IMG/VR virus record: IMGVR_UViG_3300020442_001264 | Span: 1 to 64,000 of that record | Direction: 5' to 3' (one strand) | From: a virus | Length of the DNA: 64,000 nucleotides | In this document: piece after piece, positions 9,383-24,300 of the stretch | Layout of the letters: each line of letters starts with the position of its first letter | Position numbering within the stretch: position 1 is the stretch's first letter | Program-made: the position numbers and the translations under genes | The notes under the pieces: generated by a model | What the model was told of the DNA's origin: nothing | Seen by the model: only the letters and a program-made list of their open reading frames with translations | Databases searched by the model: none

Positions 9383-12300
9383 ATGGCAGATAAACAATAC
9401 AAAAAATTACCAGTTACACATCAAACGCCAGTTATCAAAAACTTTTTTGATACAACTGTTGAACAACTATTCAGTAAAGCAAACATAGAAAGTGTATCTG
9501 CATATATAGGTAAACGAGATGAAGATTTGTACGATGCAACAGATACTTACATACTTCAACCTACTGCTGATAGGGACAAATTTAGTTTAGAACCTGTAGT
9601 AAACACCATTGACCAAGAAACAGGTTTAAACTCAAACTTGATGTTTTATGAAGATTATATTAATATTCTTAAAAGTTATGGTATTAATACATTAAATCAA
9701 AACACAATTTTTGACACTCAAGCATATACATTTTTGCCTCCCATTAACATTGATAAATTTATAAATTATCAAGAATATTTTTGGAGTCCTCAAGGACCGA
9801 CACCAGTTATTATTTCTGGTACAAGTGCAAATCCAATTAATATTGAAAAAGATATTATAGGCAAAAAATCTTTTACAACACCACAAGGTACAGCATTAAA
9901 AAATGGCATGGTTGTTACTTTTAGCGGAGACTATGTAATACCAACTAGATACAAAGATGATAAAAGATACATTGTAGAAGGTGTAGGTGATAGTATTATA
10001 CTACACGACAAGGATCAGAATTTTGCAACAGTTTTCAGTACTGAAGATTATATTCCGTATGACCAAACAATTATTGATGAAGATAACGATACACTCATCA
10101 GCGATACAAAATTTTTAAGTGGTGGATTGCAAGGTGTAGAAAATTATGTTTCTAATGACGGAACATGGCCTACTCCAGATTATACGACATCACAAAAAGA
10201 TGCAACAACAGGAAACTTTATGTGGGACGGATATGTTGCACCTGTTGGTACATTCTTAAAATATATTGCAGGCGGAATTGGCGCATACGACACAATGCCG
10301 TTTGACAGTGACAATACTCAGGAAAACACAGACTATATTGTGATGCAACGTGGTTCAAAAGACAACAACGTTTGGAGTAGAATAAACTTTTGGCATCACA
10401 AACAAAATTTTATAGATGTTGGCGACCAATTACCTAAAAAAGACAAACGTGCAGTAAGACCTATTATTGAGTTTGATAGGGATTTAGAATTATATAATTT
10501 TGGTACTACAGGAAAGTTTTCAGTTGAAATTAGTGCTGAAGGTAATTTAAAATCAGAAGTTGTTGGTAGACCTAACGGTTCAACAATAGATGATGTAACA
10601 TTAGAGATTGGAAACTTTATTATATTCCCAGGAGAAGACAGCAACATTGCACAACATGTTTATTTAATTGGAGCAGACGGCAGTGAAAATGTTACACTAA
10701 CTAGAATGCCTGCAGACAACAATCCGGTTGGTGCTGTGGATGGTGATAGCAACTTTGTTCCATACACAGCCAGTATAGGAGATGTAATCACAATTAAATT
10801 TGGTGCAAGATATACAGGTATAGAATACTATTGGTCAACAAGTGGCTGGAAAAAAGGACAACAAAAAACTAAAATTAATACTCCTATAAAATTTAATCTT
10901 TACGATAGAAATAGAAATACATTAGATAATGATTCTGTGTATCCAAGCAGTACTTTTGTAGGAAATGAGATATTTGGTTATGCTAATGCAACAGTTAATG
11001 CAACAAAAGACCCTGTGTTAGGATTTCCACTAGAATATAAAAACTTTAATAATTTTAGTGAAATAGCATATACTAACTTTATAGATGATTATTTTTATTC
11101 GTATGTTCCGTTTGGTGGTACAACTAAAAAACAAATCTCAGGATTTTTGTACTATAAGAAAACTGACAAAGATGGAAATATTACATATAATACTTCTTGG
11201 AAACCATATGAAGAAGATTTAAAACAACGTGTAGAAGACAGATACGTTATTAATGACGAAGCATTTACGAATGAGAAAACTTTGTATCATATATCAGCAG
11301 TTCCTAAAAATAGCGACAGCGATGAATTAGGACTTGTAGAAAAAAGTATTAGAGTATATGTGAATGGAAAACGTAGAACAGATTTCAGTTATGACTCAAA
11401 CCAAATAGCAATTAAATTTGCAACTTTTGATTTAGAAAAACTAGACATACTTGATATTTTTACAGAAACTACAAGCGGTTATTTTGAAAGTACAAAAACA
11501 AATGGTAGATATCATGTAGCAAAGAGTTGGCACAGTAACTTAGAAAATAAAGATTTATTGTCTGTTTCTCAGCCAGAGTTTTTAGAACATTTTAGAGATT
11601 ATATAAAAGACCAAGAAGACATTACGGGTGATGCATTAGGTGGAAATAATTTTGACAATATACAAAAAAATACCAAATGGGCAGACAAAATAATTCAAAC
11701 AGATGACGATTTGCAACTGTCTGCATTTTTGTTTAGCAATGACAAATTCAATATCAAGGACAGTATAGATTTCTGTGCAGAAGAATATGTAAAATACAAA
11801 AACAGACTTAAGAAAGAAATTGTAAAATTTGTAGACAGCAATGACTATTCCGGTATGTCTTACGGAGACATGTTAGAAGTTGTTTTAGAAAATGTTATAG
11901 CATACAATCAAGGCAAAAATGTATTTGATAATACGTTTATGGCGGCTTTTGGAGATCAGTATACAGAAGAAAAAATTGTTATAAACAATGTATTGAAAAA
12001 AGAATATGACTTAACAAATTACTTAGATTTAGATAAAATCGAAAACACAATTTTTGTTTACGACCATGACAGTAATAATATAGAAAAATTGTTATGTGTA
12101 GATTATGACTACAGTATATCCAGTACTAACGGTAAAGTTACTATTACATTTAATTCGGATTATACACTTACATTAGGCAATACAATAAAAGTAAGATTGT
12201 ACGACAGTAACAGAGAAAGTTGTCAAACACCTCCTACTCCTAGTTCACTTGGATTGTATCCTATTTACTATCCAGAAATTTTTGATGATGCTACATTTAT

Positions 12301-15300
12301 AGAACCTATTAAAATGATAAGAGGTCACGATGGCAGTAAGAGTATTGCTGTAGACGATGTACATGATTACATTTTATTAGAATTTGAAAAGAGAATTTAT
12401 AATAGTACGTTACAACTTTTTAGAGACAACGACAGTTTACCAGATTTAAATGTTTTAGATATAAGACCTGGTAGATTTAGAAAAACAGGAAGGTCCAGAG
12501 ATGATTTTTATGGATTACTTAGAACTAATTTTAATTTTTATATTAGTAGAAATGAAGTTGATTTTGTAAAAAATGAATTTTATGATGTAAATAATCCGTG
12601 GACTTGGAACTATAATGCAGGACAACCTAAACCTGCACATTGGAGAGGCATCTACGAAGCATGTTACGACACAGATAGACCTCACACGCATCCATGGGAA
12701 ATGTTAGGCTTTATTAAAAAGCCAACATGGTGGGAAACACAATATGGAACAGATTACAGTTACCCATCTAATAAAGCACTATGGAAAGATTTAGAAGAAG
12801 GTATTATACGTCAAGGTTCTAGGGCAAACGTAGAAAATGACAGATATAAGAAAAACAATCCTTATAGAAGAGTAGGATTAAAATATGAGATTCCAGTAGA
12901 TGCTAGTGGTAATTTAATTGCTCCAGCAAATATTATTTCTACAACATCTACTACCAAAACAATTAGTTGGGAAGAAACAACCAGCGGAACACCATCCACT
13001 AGTGCAAACACATTTATTGTTACTGATGGTTTGTCTGTAAATGAAGTTGGATTAAATTTAAATATTACTACAAATAATATTATTAATCATACCACAGGTA
13101 CTTTCCCAACAGAAGATAATACTAATTACATAGAAGAAAAAGAATTAACATATAAAGTTTCTTTGCGTTCAGGAGAGAATCCTACAAGCACTTATGCAAA
13201 TGCAACATCATCAGGAAGTAGTGTAAAAGGTATTGCAATCAATGGTGGATTAATAACAAATGCTAATACAGGCGTCACACACAGTGATAGTAGTAGTTGG
13301 CATTATAATGCATTTTATAGAAACGATGTAAGTCGAGACAGTAAAGGAGGTAATCCTGACAGTAATAATATTTACGGATACATACAACCTCCGGCATACG
13401 TCACAGGCACAATAGCAGGTTATTCTACAACTGAGCATTCTCCTATTATAGGCTGGGCGTTCGATGGATTCCCAATTTACGGTCCTTATGGATATGAAGA
13501 TAGAGCAAATGCATCAAGCAGTATTGTAAGAATAGAAAGTGGGTATAGTTTAAAAACTGTAAACAGAGACAGTATAGCAACAGGTCCAGGTGGACTACCA
13601 ACAGGTGAATTTGTTGAAGATTATGAATACTCGACACCTGCACAAGGACTTGACCAATACAATGGTCGTTACGGTGTTACACCTGAATTCCCAGGTGGAA
13701 CTTATTACTATGTTGCAACAGTAGATTCTGCGGGTAATCCTGCTTATCCATATACTGTAGGACCTAGTTTTGCTGAAAGTCCTGCAGACGTATCCACAAA
13801 TGCCACAGGCACAACAACATTAGATACTGGTACTGCAACATATAGTTTAACAAGCACTTTAACAACAGCATATAGTGTAGACAGTACATTAACAGATAAA
13901 GATTGGAAATACAGCGACGGTGCTCCAGTTGAAAATGCATGGAAAATATCCGAAGGATATCCGTTTGCTGTAGTTCAATCACTTTTACTTGCCAAGCCAG
14001 GTAAGTTTGCCAGTGTGTTTGCTGACCCTAGAAAAATTATTCGAAGTTCAGCAAACACCAACCAATTACTTGACAAAGATACAGGTAGAAGAATCAAAGC
14101 CAAAAAAGTTGCTATACACGGAGAAATTAACGCAAAGGATCAGACAACTTATACTGTAGGGTACACACAATTTATCGATTCATTCCTCAAATTCCAAGGA
14201 TTAGATACTACAAAAGAATTTGTAAAACCAATGAGAAGTGTAAACAGTAAGTTAGGACACAAATTTGCAGGTTATGTAGACAAAGACACAATGACTGTGT
14301 TTAGTGATAGTTATAGTGCAACAGGTAATAGTTCAAGTTTAATATTGCCTCAAGAGGATATTCAAGTAGATATCCATGTTGGGCCTTACAGCACAACAAA
14401 TGATTTTACAGGTGTATTAATAACTTTTACAGAAGATAAAAAATATAAAGTCGAAGGTTATAATAGTGTCAAAAGATATTTTGAAATAGAAGAAAGTAAT
14501 AAAACAAATGGAAGATTCACTGAAGTTAGTGTAGGCGGCGAACCTGCAGATTATTCTAACTTTGATAATACAGCAAATTATCAACAAGGCACAATTATAA
14601 AATCAGGATATAATTTCTTCCAAGCACTTAAATTTGCTGGTAAAGGGACACCAGTTACTGATACAACTGTATGGCAAAGACTTTCTACACTACCTATGGT
14701 CGATGCCGCTGAGGCAACATATTATCTAGACGGAACAGGAAAAACTGTTAGAGTAGAATACGGAACTGTATATGATACAGTAAACGAATTATTTGATTTC
14801 CTAATAAGTTTAGGAAGAAAACAATCTGCTATGGGTTATGATTTTGGTGAATTTAATTCTGAAATTAATGATGTAAATGACTGGTTGTACAGTGGTAGAC
14901 AGATGTTGTTCTGGAGTATTGGTAATTGGAGCCCAGGCAATACACTAAATTTAAGTCCAGCGGCAAGTGGTATTAAATTTAAAGCCGAGAAAGGAAGAGT
15001 CAGCAAAATAATTGATGTGGACCAAAGCCAATTCAGTATTTTAGATGAAGAAGGTAAAAATATTAAAGCAACAGAATGTGAGATTATTAGAGATGGTCAA
15101 ACATTAGAAATTAGACCACCTGCAGGCAAACAACTTTATGGATTAATTTTATACACAAATGAAATTGAACATGCTATGACAATTTCTAATAAAACAATCT
15201 TTGGTGATACAATTTACGATGACGTTGTAAACCAAAGACAACGTAGAATTAAAATTAAAGGTAAAAGAACAAAAAATTGGAATGGTACATTGACATCTGA

Positions 15301-18300
15301 AGGTTTTGTTATAACCGCAGATGGATTAAAACCAAACTTTGATACCCTTGCAAGTGATATGGGCAAATATAACGAAATCGGACATGTGCCTGTAGAAAAA
15401 CAAGTTTACGAAGCAAGTAGAAGACAATATGGATTTAACGAAAGAAAATATTTAAGAGAATTTGAATTAACACAAGATGACCAATATGATTTTTATGTTG
15501 GTATGATAAGAAGTAAAGGTACTAAAAACAGTTTAGAAGTATTGTTAAACAGTGATAAAGTTTTAGTACCTGGTAGTGTTAATGTATTTGACGAGTGGGC
15601 ACTCAAGTCAGGTGATTTCGGTGATGTAGACAACTATCAAACAATTGATATGAAGATTACCGATTCAGAAATCACAAATGAAAAACAATTAATACAAATT
15701 GCTTACCCAGAAGATATTGTAAGCAAAGTTGCTGAAGTAGAAGTTTTAGATAGAACAACTAAATTCTATCAAAGACCTTTCTTAGAAATTGAACCACCAC
15801 CTGCAGAAATTCCAGGTAGTTTTGAATACGGTGGAGGTACTACAGCACAGGCAACAGTAAACATTGGTAGTGACGGAAGAATATCAGATGTAGTAGTAAC
15901 AGAACCAGGATACGGTTATACCGTGAATCCATCAGTAACAGTTGTTGCGGCTCAGTTGCTAACAGCAAATATTACTACACAGTTCTTAAAGCCATATGCA
16001 GTATCAACATCAAATGTTGATGTAAGTGGATTAGCAAGTGCTGGTAATATTTTAATTACAGACCATTTTAGTTCCAATGTTAATACTGTTATAGATTTAA
16101 GTAGTGTATCTACTGTAGAGGATGTTGCAAATGCAATTAACACTACAGCAGATGTAAATGCTAATATCATTGCTTCATTTACTAGAACAATTTCAGGAAA
16201 TACTACAAACTTCTATTTAACAATTAAGGGTGATGATTTTACACTTGCAGAGCAAGGCGTAGGCAACACATTGTCAAACGTACTGTATTTAGAAAGTAAA
16301 CGATATCAGCCAAGACAACGTTACAGTTTTGAAACAGCAAACAGCACATCTTACAGCGATGTAGTAGTTACCGTAGACGGAAATACAACATCAGGTGGTG
16401 TAGTAGGTGCAAGTAATGTTGATTGGGTTTTTGATCCAGGTAGTAGAACAACAATAACAACTAATTCATTGTTGTCAGGAAATGTATCACAGGCGTTTAC
16501 ATTTACACCTATAAGTGTTACAGACGGAATAACAACCACAGATGCTATTGCGGCAGATAATTTAACACTTTTAAATGGTAGTTACCCACACATAGATGTT
16601 GAAATAAATGGTGTAAAATTACCAGAAACAAGTGAAGAAGCATTGTTCACAATTACTAGTAATGCATCTGCAAATACATCAACTATAAACTTCTTAGATT
16701 GTGGTGCTATTCCAGGTGCACCTATACAGCCCAATTCAAAAATTGAAATTATAGAAAAAGCAACAATTGACTTAGAAGATACATATCAAGGTGATTTACC
16801 TGGAAGTTCAATGAATATTAAGGTACACGCCAACGATGCACTAGCGGCTAAATTAGAACAAATGCGTACATTTGAAATTTACCCGGATGCTAAAGGTGAT
16901 GCAACATTACTCATCGACGTAGATGATGCAGATAGATTACCAGTACGACCAAGCGATATGGCTGAAAAAGGTTTATGGCCAAAAACATCAAGTGTGAGTT
17001 ATTTGGGAATAGTAGATTCTAAATATAACACATTGCCGAACGCAGGATATATTTCTAGATACAATGTACAATATCAAGCATTTGACATTTACGATTTTGA
17101 AAACTTATTTGATGTTAAACAATTATCTAGTGCAACAAAGTTACCTAAAGAAGGTAATGTAGTACATTTTGCTAAAGGCGAGCATGAAGAATTTGATGTT
17201 TACAGATTATCTAATGTAAATTCAAATATTTCATTTATTGAATATGACGAAACTGTAGGAACAACATTCCTGTTTACAGACAATAGTTTATCTAACATTA
17301 TATTAGATGGCAACGATTTGTCTAATACCAGTGCAGATTATGACCATACAAAATGGTTTGACCAAGTTTTAGCATTAAAAGGAAAATATGTTTTAGATCC
17401 TTATCATGCAAATTTAAGAACAGCAGAAGGTAATCCTGTTTATGTAACAGACCAATTAGAAGTAGACCATCCTGTTACACGATTTATTACAGAAGAAAAA
17501 ATTGCAGAAAGTTATGTAGAACAAGGTAATATCACTCACACAGTACCTGATGTACAAAGCATTAGCACTATGGCTCCGCAATTAAGCGGTAATATCACAT
17601 CAGCAGAACCAATTGCATTACAGAATGCTTATCAAAATGCTAGAGCAAACGTTATTACATCAGTTTCAGATTTTAAAATAACTAGAAGTGTTGATGCTGA
17701 TCCTAACACTAGATTTAAATTTAATAACCAATTAACCTTTGACATTGGTAATGGTGAAATAGAAGGTATACAGCCAGGTGATTGGTTGAAGTTTACTGAC
17801 ACTGGAGCATCTAACCTTAATGGTAATGTGTTCCAAGTTGCTACAATTAAACCTGAGGGTAAAGTATCATTGTATGCAAACAGCACAGTATTAAATGGAA
17901 TGACAACTTTAGTCAGCAAGTCAACACTAAGTTTTGTAAACTTTGGTAAGAACAGATACGCAAACATCGAACCTGATTATAATGTACAGATTGTTGCAAA
18001 AGGTCATGAATTTAGAACAAATGACAAAGTAGTATTTGATGCAGACAATTTAGGTGGAGCGGCTGGCACAGAGTTCATAGTTAAAGATGCAAGAACTGAT
18101 AATACATTCTTTTTACAATCTAAACTGTTTGGCTCAAATAGTGCATTAAATGTAATCACAAATTCTGCTAATATTTCACATGCTCAAACAACACTAAAAA
18201 TTACAGCAGTTCCTAACTTCTTATCAGATGCAGGTGGCAGTTTTGAATTGGGTAATAGTTTAGTACAAGGACATTCTATATTATTTAAAGATACTTCAGG

Positions 18301-21300
18301 TACAGAATTAAACGGTAATGCATATCCAATTTCTAACTTGAGAAAAGAAACTGTTTTAAAAACATCACTGACTGATATACAAGGCGGGTTTGGAAACGTA
18401 ACAGCACCTATACCGCAAATAGTGGACAGTACAGTTTCTAATAGTACACTTGTACCGTTAGAAGAAGTTGACATGCCACCTGTAGGATCTTTAGCAGGTA
18501 CTAACATAGAACCAGGCATGTACCTGTGGAGCGACGAATTAACTGACCCTGTAGAAGTAAAAACAGTTGCATATGATTTATCAAATAACGGCAATGAGCC
18601 TACAAGAAGCATTAGAAGTGCCAATGCAACAGCCAATACAATTACAATCTCAAATGCAGATGGAATAAGTGTAGGAGATGTTGTACTAGTTTCAGGTGAA
18701 CTAGATGAATACCAAAATGTTACTGTAGCAAGTATATCAGGTGCTGATATCACACTATCAGTAAACGTTGCTAATGTAACTACATTAATTACACCTCCTG
18801 CAGGAGAACCTTATAACACAACATATGATGAAACATTGCACACTAGTTTTGATATTGAGTTATCCAATGGGGCAAAGATTAACAACAATGCTTTAATGAA
18901 ATTTAGGCACAATGGAGATGGCAAAGTAGCAAATGTTACACTTGCAGACCCAGTTACACTAACATCAGGATTACCAGTAAACTTCACAAGGGCACAATAC
19001 GAAATACCTGAATTAGGAGCCACATCAAGTGTTGATGTTGTTGTATTCGACATTAAACCTGATACTTACACAGGCAGTAATTTGTCAGAAGCAAATTTAT
19101 CATTTACAATTCAAGAAGCAACAAAAATTACAACAGATACAGATTTATCTAGTAACTTCCCAATGGGAACTTTTGTAAAAGTAAATGCTGGTGGTATTTA
19201 CGATTTATATGACAGAGCATACAAAATTGATACATCTGCAAATTCTTTTGTGGTTAAGAAAACATTATTAGAAGAAATTAAAAACGAATATCAAGTTATA
19301 TCAGATGTAACTTCAAACACAACAATTACTATAAGCGACATTACAAATCAAATTTTCCCAGGTATGAGGGTAGAAGGAACTGGTATACCTGCAGATACAA
19401 AAGTTGCAAATGTGCTCGGAAGTTCTGTGTTTACAGTAACAAATAATGTAACAGTATCATCTGCAGATATTATTAAAGTATATAGAACAACATACGAAGA
19501 TGCTACATTTATGTCAGCGAATACTGTGATTACAACCAGAGAAGATCATAATTTTGCTACAGATGGGTCAGACAAACTTCTAGGTAAAAACATCAATGTA
19601 TACATGATGCATCCAGATTATTATAACAGTGAAATGAAAGTTGTAGACATACCAACAGCAAACACAGTTGTTGTAGAGTTTCCTGCTTTTTCACATCCTT
19701 ATACAATTAGCGGTAACACATATTTGTCTAAATTTGATTACGATTTATACGGCGAAGAAGCACCCGGTATAAGTGGAAATGTGTCATACATTCCTTACTT
19801 TATAGCAAGTCATTTGGGTAATATACAAATTAACGGAGCAAATGTTGTAACAAACACATATCCTTGGCATAGTGTAGAAAAATATGTCAACGAAATAAAA
19901 GATAAAATGTACAACAAGGCGGCGGCTATAACACATAAAGGTTCTTTTGGATTAGACTTTAGATTCTTTGACATAGGTTTAGCCATGGATTCAAAAGCAA
20001 TGGATACAGGATCATATTCATATCCAGGGCCAGGTACAGTACCACTTCCAAAAGGCACAACAGTAAAAAATTCAGATACAGGACAATCATCAACAGCAAC
20101 GGCAGGACCTGCCCCAAGTGATGTTGTTCCGGCTCCGAAAGCACCTAGTGATGGTCCTTTAACTAGTCCGCCTATTATTGAATGTGGACCTGACCCTGAC
20201 CAAGTACCAGAGCCTGAAGGACCGACATTAACTCCTCAACAAATTGCGGCTCAGGCATTATTGGATCAGCACAATTTTCAAACTCAATTCATATTGCCAC
20301 ACCAGCAAGAAGCAGTGAAACCTCAAGCACAGACGAATTTAGAGAATCAAGGCACAAGATATAATCAACAAGGTGGATACAGTTTGGGTGGCCCAAGAAC
20401 TGGTAGTGACGGTGGTCTTGTTTACGGGCAACAGCAAGGTGCAGAATGGGGAGCAAATGAAAGACAATTCAATTATGAAACAGGAGAATGGGAATATGTG
20501 CCATCAGGTGCTAAATGGACTCAGGATGGAGTAGAATATACCATGATGGCAGACGGCACTATACAAGGTGACGATGGTACTATTTGGGCTACTAAAAAAA
20601 CAAGAATAACAATAGACGGAGCAAAAGGTTCTTTAGGAGACAGATACGGTGATTATGGCATAGTCGGATTAACAGATCAAGGTAAAAAAGATGCAGATCC
20701 TGTTTTAAAAGCCAGACTTGCTATGATAAATCCTAGGTACCAGGCTAAAGCAGGAGAAGATCCTTCGTTACGCATCGATCATGCAGATAAAGAATGTAAC
20801 ACACTTATACCACATACCCATGCTTATGAACCTGTTGGTGAACCTTATTGTGTAGACGATGCAAATGGTAGAAATAAAGAGGGTATACAGCATCAATTAT
20901 ATAGATGTGCAAATGCAAACAACAACGACGAAGGTTGTGGAATGCCAGAATATATTGAAGAAACAAAAGGAGTCGCAACTTGTATCAAGCCATATGGTGG
21001 TTATATATCAGCAGTTTGGTCTGTTCCAAAAGTTGCAGAAGGCAGTAGTGCTGTGTATACTGTTACAACTGACAGTAATGTAAGAGACGGCACACAGGTC
21101 CTAGTTACTGTGAGCGGTAGTGCTAATGCTATAGCCGACACTGATTTGACTGGAAGTAGTTTTACATTAACAATCAATAATAGTACAGCAAGTAAAACAG
21201 TAAATTTCACTGCTGATGCAACAACAGAAGGCACTGAAACATTAACATTCACACTTGCTGAATACGACAATGACAACAACGAAACAGGACAAATGGTTGC

Positions 21301-24300
21301 AACAATCGACATTGATGACACCAGTCAGACTCCAGTTCCAACTTATTCATCTATGACAATCAGTAACAGCACACTTAGAGAAAATGGTGGGTTAGTTGAT
21401 TTAGTAGTAAGAGGCTCTCACCTAACAGATGGAGCAACTATAGTTGGTACATTGAGTGGTACAGGTTTAACAAGAAGTGATTTTACAGCAGGCAGTGACT
21501 TAAACGATAATTTAGAAATTACATTTACTATGAGTGACCAAGGTGGTAATGCATTTGTATCAGATGTAAAACAAATAGCCGCTATTGCAGATGTAACAAC
21601 AGAAGGCGACGAAGCATTCACTATCACATTAGCAAATTCAGACAGTAACGGTGCTAGTGCAGGACTTCCAAAATCAGTAACAGCAACTATAAAAGATGAT
21701 TCACTCAGCCCAGCACCACCATATGAATGTGTGGATTACTATTTGTGGCATAACAATGGACCTACTCCAGAAACAACCAGTTTCTATTGTACTTCAGATA
21801 CACAGAATCATACAATGCATGTGGCATTTGATATGTATAGTGCCAACGACGCATTGAGAGTTTATCAAAGTGACACAAAATATGGTAAGGACAGATTAAT
21901 AGCAGGTACTCACTCAAACAGTACTTGTAGAAATATGACATCTGCAGAAAAAAATGAATTTAAAAACGTTATTTCAAACAATTCAGATCCTGGGAACAAT
22001 TCAAGTGCCTTACAAACTCTCACAGACATGAGTACAAATCCTGACAGTAACGGTGGTAGAGCATACGCAGGTATTTGTGAGTTCACATACAACCAAGCCA
22101 ATGGTAGATATATCACAGTTGAAACTGTAAGAGGTACAAATGGCGGAAGTTCAGTATTTAGATGGTGGGCTCAAGTGTGTATTGACGAAGGTGAAAATCC
22201 ATGGTACTTTGAAAAAGAAGGCGGACACTCAAGCGGAACACAATCATCAAGTGGACCTGGTAACGGTGCTAGTGCAGGCTATGTTGCAACAGGATCAGTT
22301 GCTGGTGCTATGAAATCCACACGTAAATCAACTAAGACAGCATCATACAGTATTCCATTGGGCATACCAAACTTTGGTAATGTTCCAATGACGCCTAGCA
22401 ATCCAATTGGCTATCATATTAATTTCAATGGCATTGGTTATAACGGAGTATATGGTTTCCAATCAGTTGGTAATGGTCCAGGATTAGGAACAAAGCCAAT
22501 GGATTTTGCAGTACCAAGTGCATTACCTAGAATGAGAAGATTAAATGGCGGTGATGCATTTATGAGATACGGAATGAATAGAGCATCTTATCAAGATGAC
22601 TTTACAAGATTCCATGATGCTGAATTTACAGATGCAAGAAGACCATTAGACGGCAGACCTAGTTTCCAAAATCAAGCAGGCACAGTAACTCCAAAAACAT
22701 CGAGTCCTATACCTGATAATAGTGCATTTAATCCAGAAAGTGCTCCTGAAAAGGTAAAACCAAGAGCAATGGAAATTAAACTGTTGGAAAAAACAAAGAC
22801 AGGAGTATATCAACCTAAAAAAGGAAGTAAAGGTGATATATCATTGAGAATTGAGTTAGAAGAATATTGTAGGCAGACAAAAGTCCATTTTTGTACGGAT
22901 AATACGTTTATGACAGACGGCGCCGACACAGCAGGTCCCGGAGAAACGGATCATAGTAGATATGCTATAAGAGGTGGCGATACTTTTTGGGTAGGTGATA
23001 CGCAGATTGACACCACAGGTGTTTTATCTGCTTCAGACATGAAGGCTAGAATCCAACAAGCAATGGGTAACAAAGTGAATGTGAATGTGACTAATGATCC
23101 AGACACAGGTCAGAAATGTGTAAGAGTAGCATTTAAAGATAACTCTGTTGGAGTACCTATTTTGAGAAATGGTTGTAAAGGTGGAGTATTAAAAGAAGTA
23201 TTAGACTTTACAGTAAACAACAAAGATAACAGGTCATTCAGTGAGAACACATATACAGCAGGTACTAGAACCAGCACAACAACTGTTAATACACTGGTAA
23301 ATGCTGATACCGATTCAAATGTTGACACACCTGATGTAAATGTTGGTTCTGTTTCAACAACAGCAACTGGCACTGATTTTATCACAAACACAATAACAGC
23401 CGAAGGAAGAAGACGCAGTGATAATCCATCAACAATTACTGTAGGACATAATGGTTCTAAATATAGAGTTGGTGATATATTGAGAGCAGTAGGTGGTACA
23501 GCAGTAGGCAATACAAGTAAGCCTGGAATGCAGATTGCAGGATTAGTTTTAGAACGAGGTGGTTTTGGATACGGAGTATGGGATGAAAACAGTCAACGAT
23601 ATGTATTGCCGGAAGGCTCTGTGCAAATTAGAGTAGGCGGCCCAGGAGAATCTGGATATGGCTTTGAACCAGATATGTCAGATTTAAGAGTAAATCCAAT
23701 CACAGGTGAACTAGATTGTGCTTGGCAAGTTGCTTTAGGAGATGCTAATAGCCCTGGTGGTAAAAGAGGGCTGTTAGCAATACAAGGTTTAACTGGTGAA
23801 AAATACATATTCAATGATCCTCCTTCAATAACAATAACAGGACTAGGAACAGGTGCTAGATTCTCAGTAGCATGGTTAAATTCTAAACCATCAGATGTTG
23901 AAGAAGTTGCAATATTTAAAGTTACATCTGTTGGAGATGAAGGACAGATTGAAGATATGAAGATTCTCAACAGAGGATTGTATGAAACATTCCCAGGAGA
24001 TTTAAATTCAGGTATTCCATTAGAATATCATACCACTAGAAAAGATGGCGACGGTAATGATGTTATTATCGGCACAACAGCAACAGGTTTTCAAGGGCAA
24101 GGAACAGGTGCTCGTGTGTTTATGACAGCAAGATTAATTGGTGACTGTAGACAGAAAGGCACAGCATTACAAGACATGGGATTAAGCGAAGGTCCACTAA
24201 CTAGAGATGACTTTGACAAATACATTGTTGATTACATCAATGATCATTCAGAAGTAGACCCAGATGGAAATCCATATTTTAGTGCCGCCCTTACAAATAA

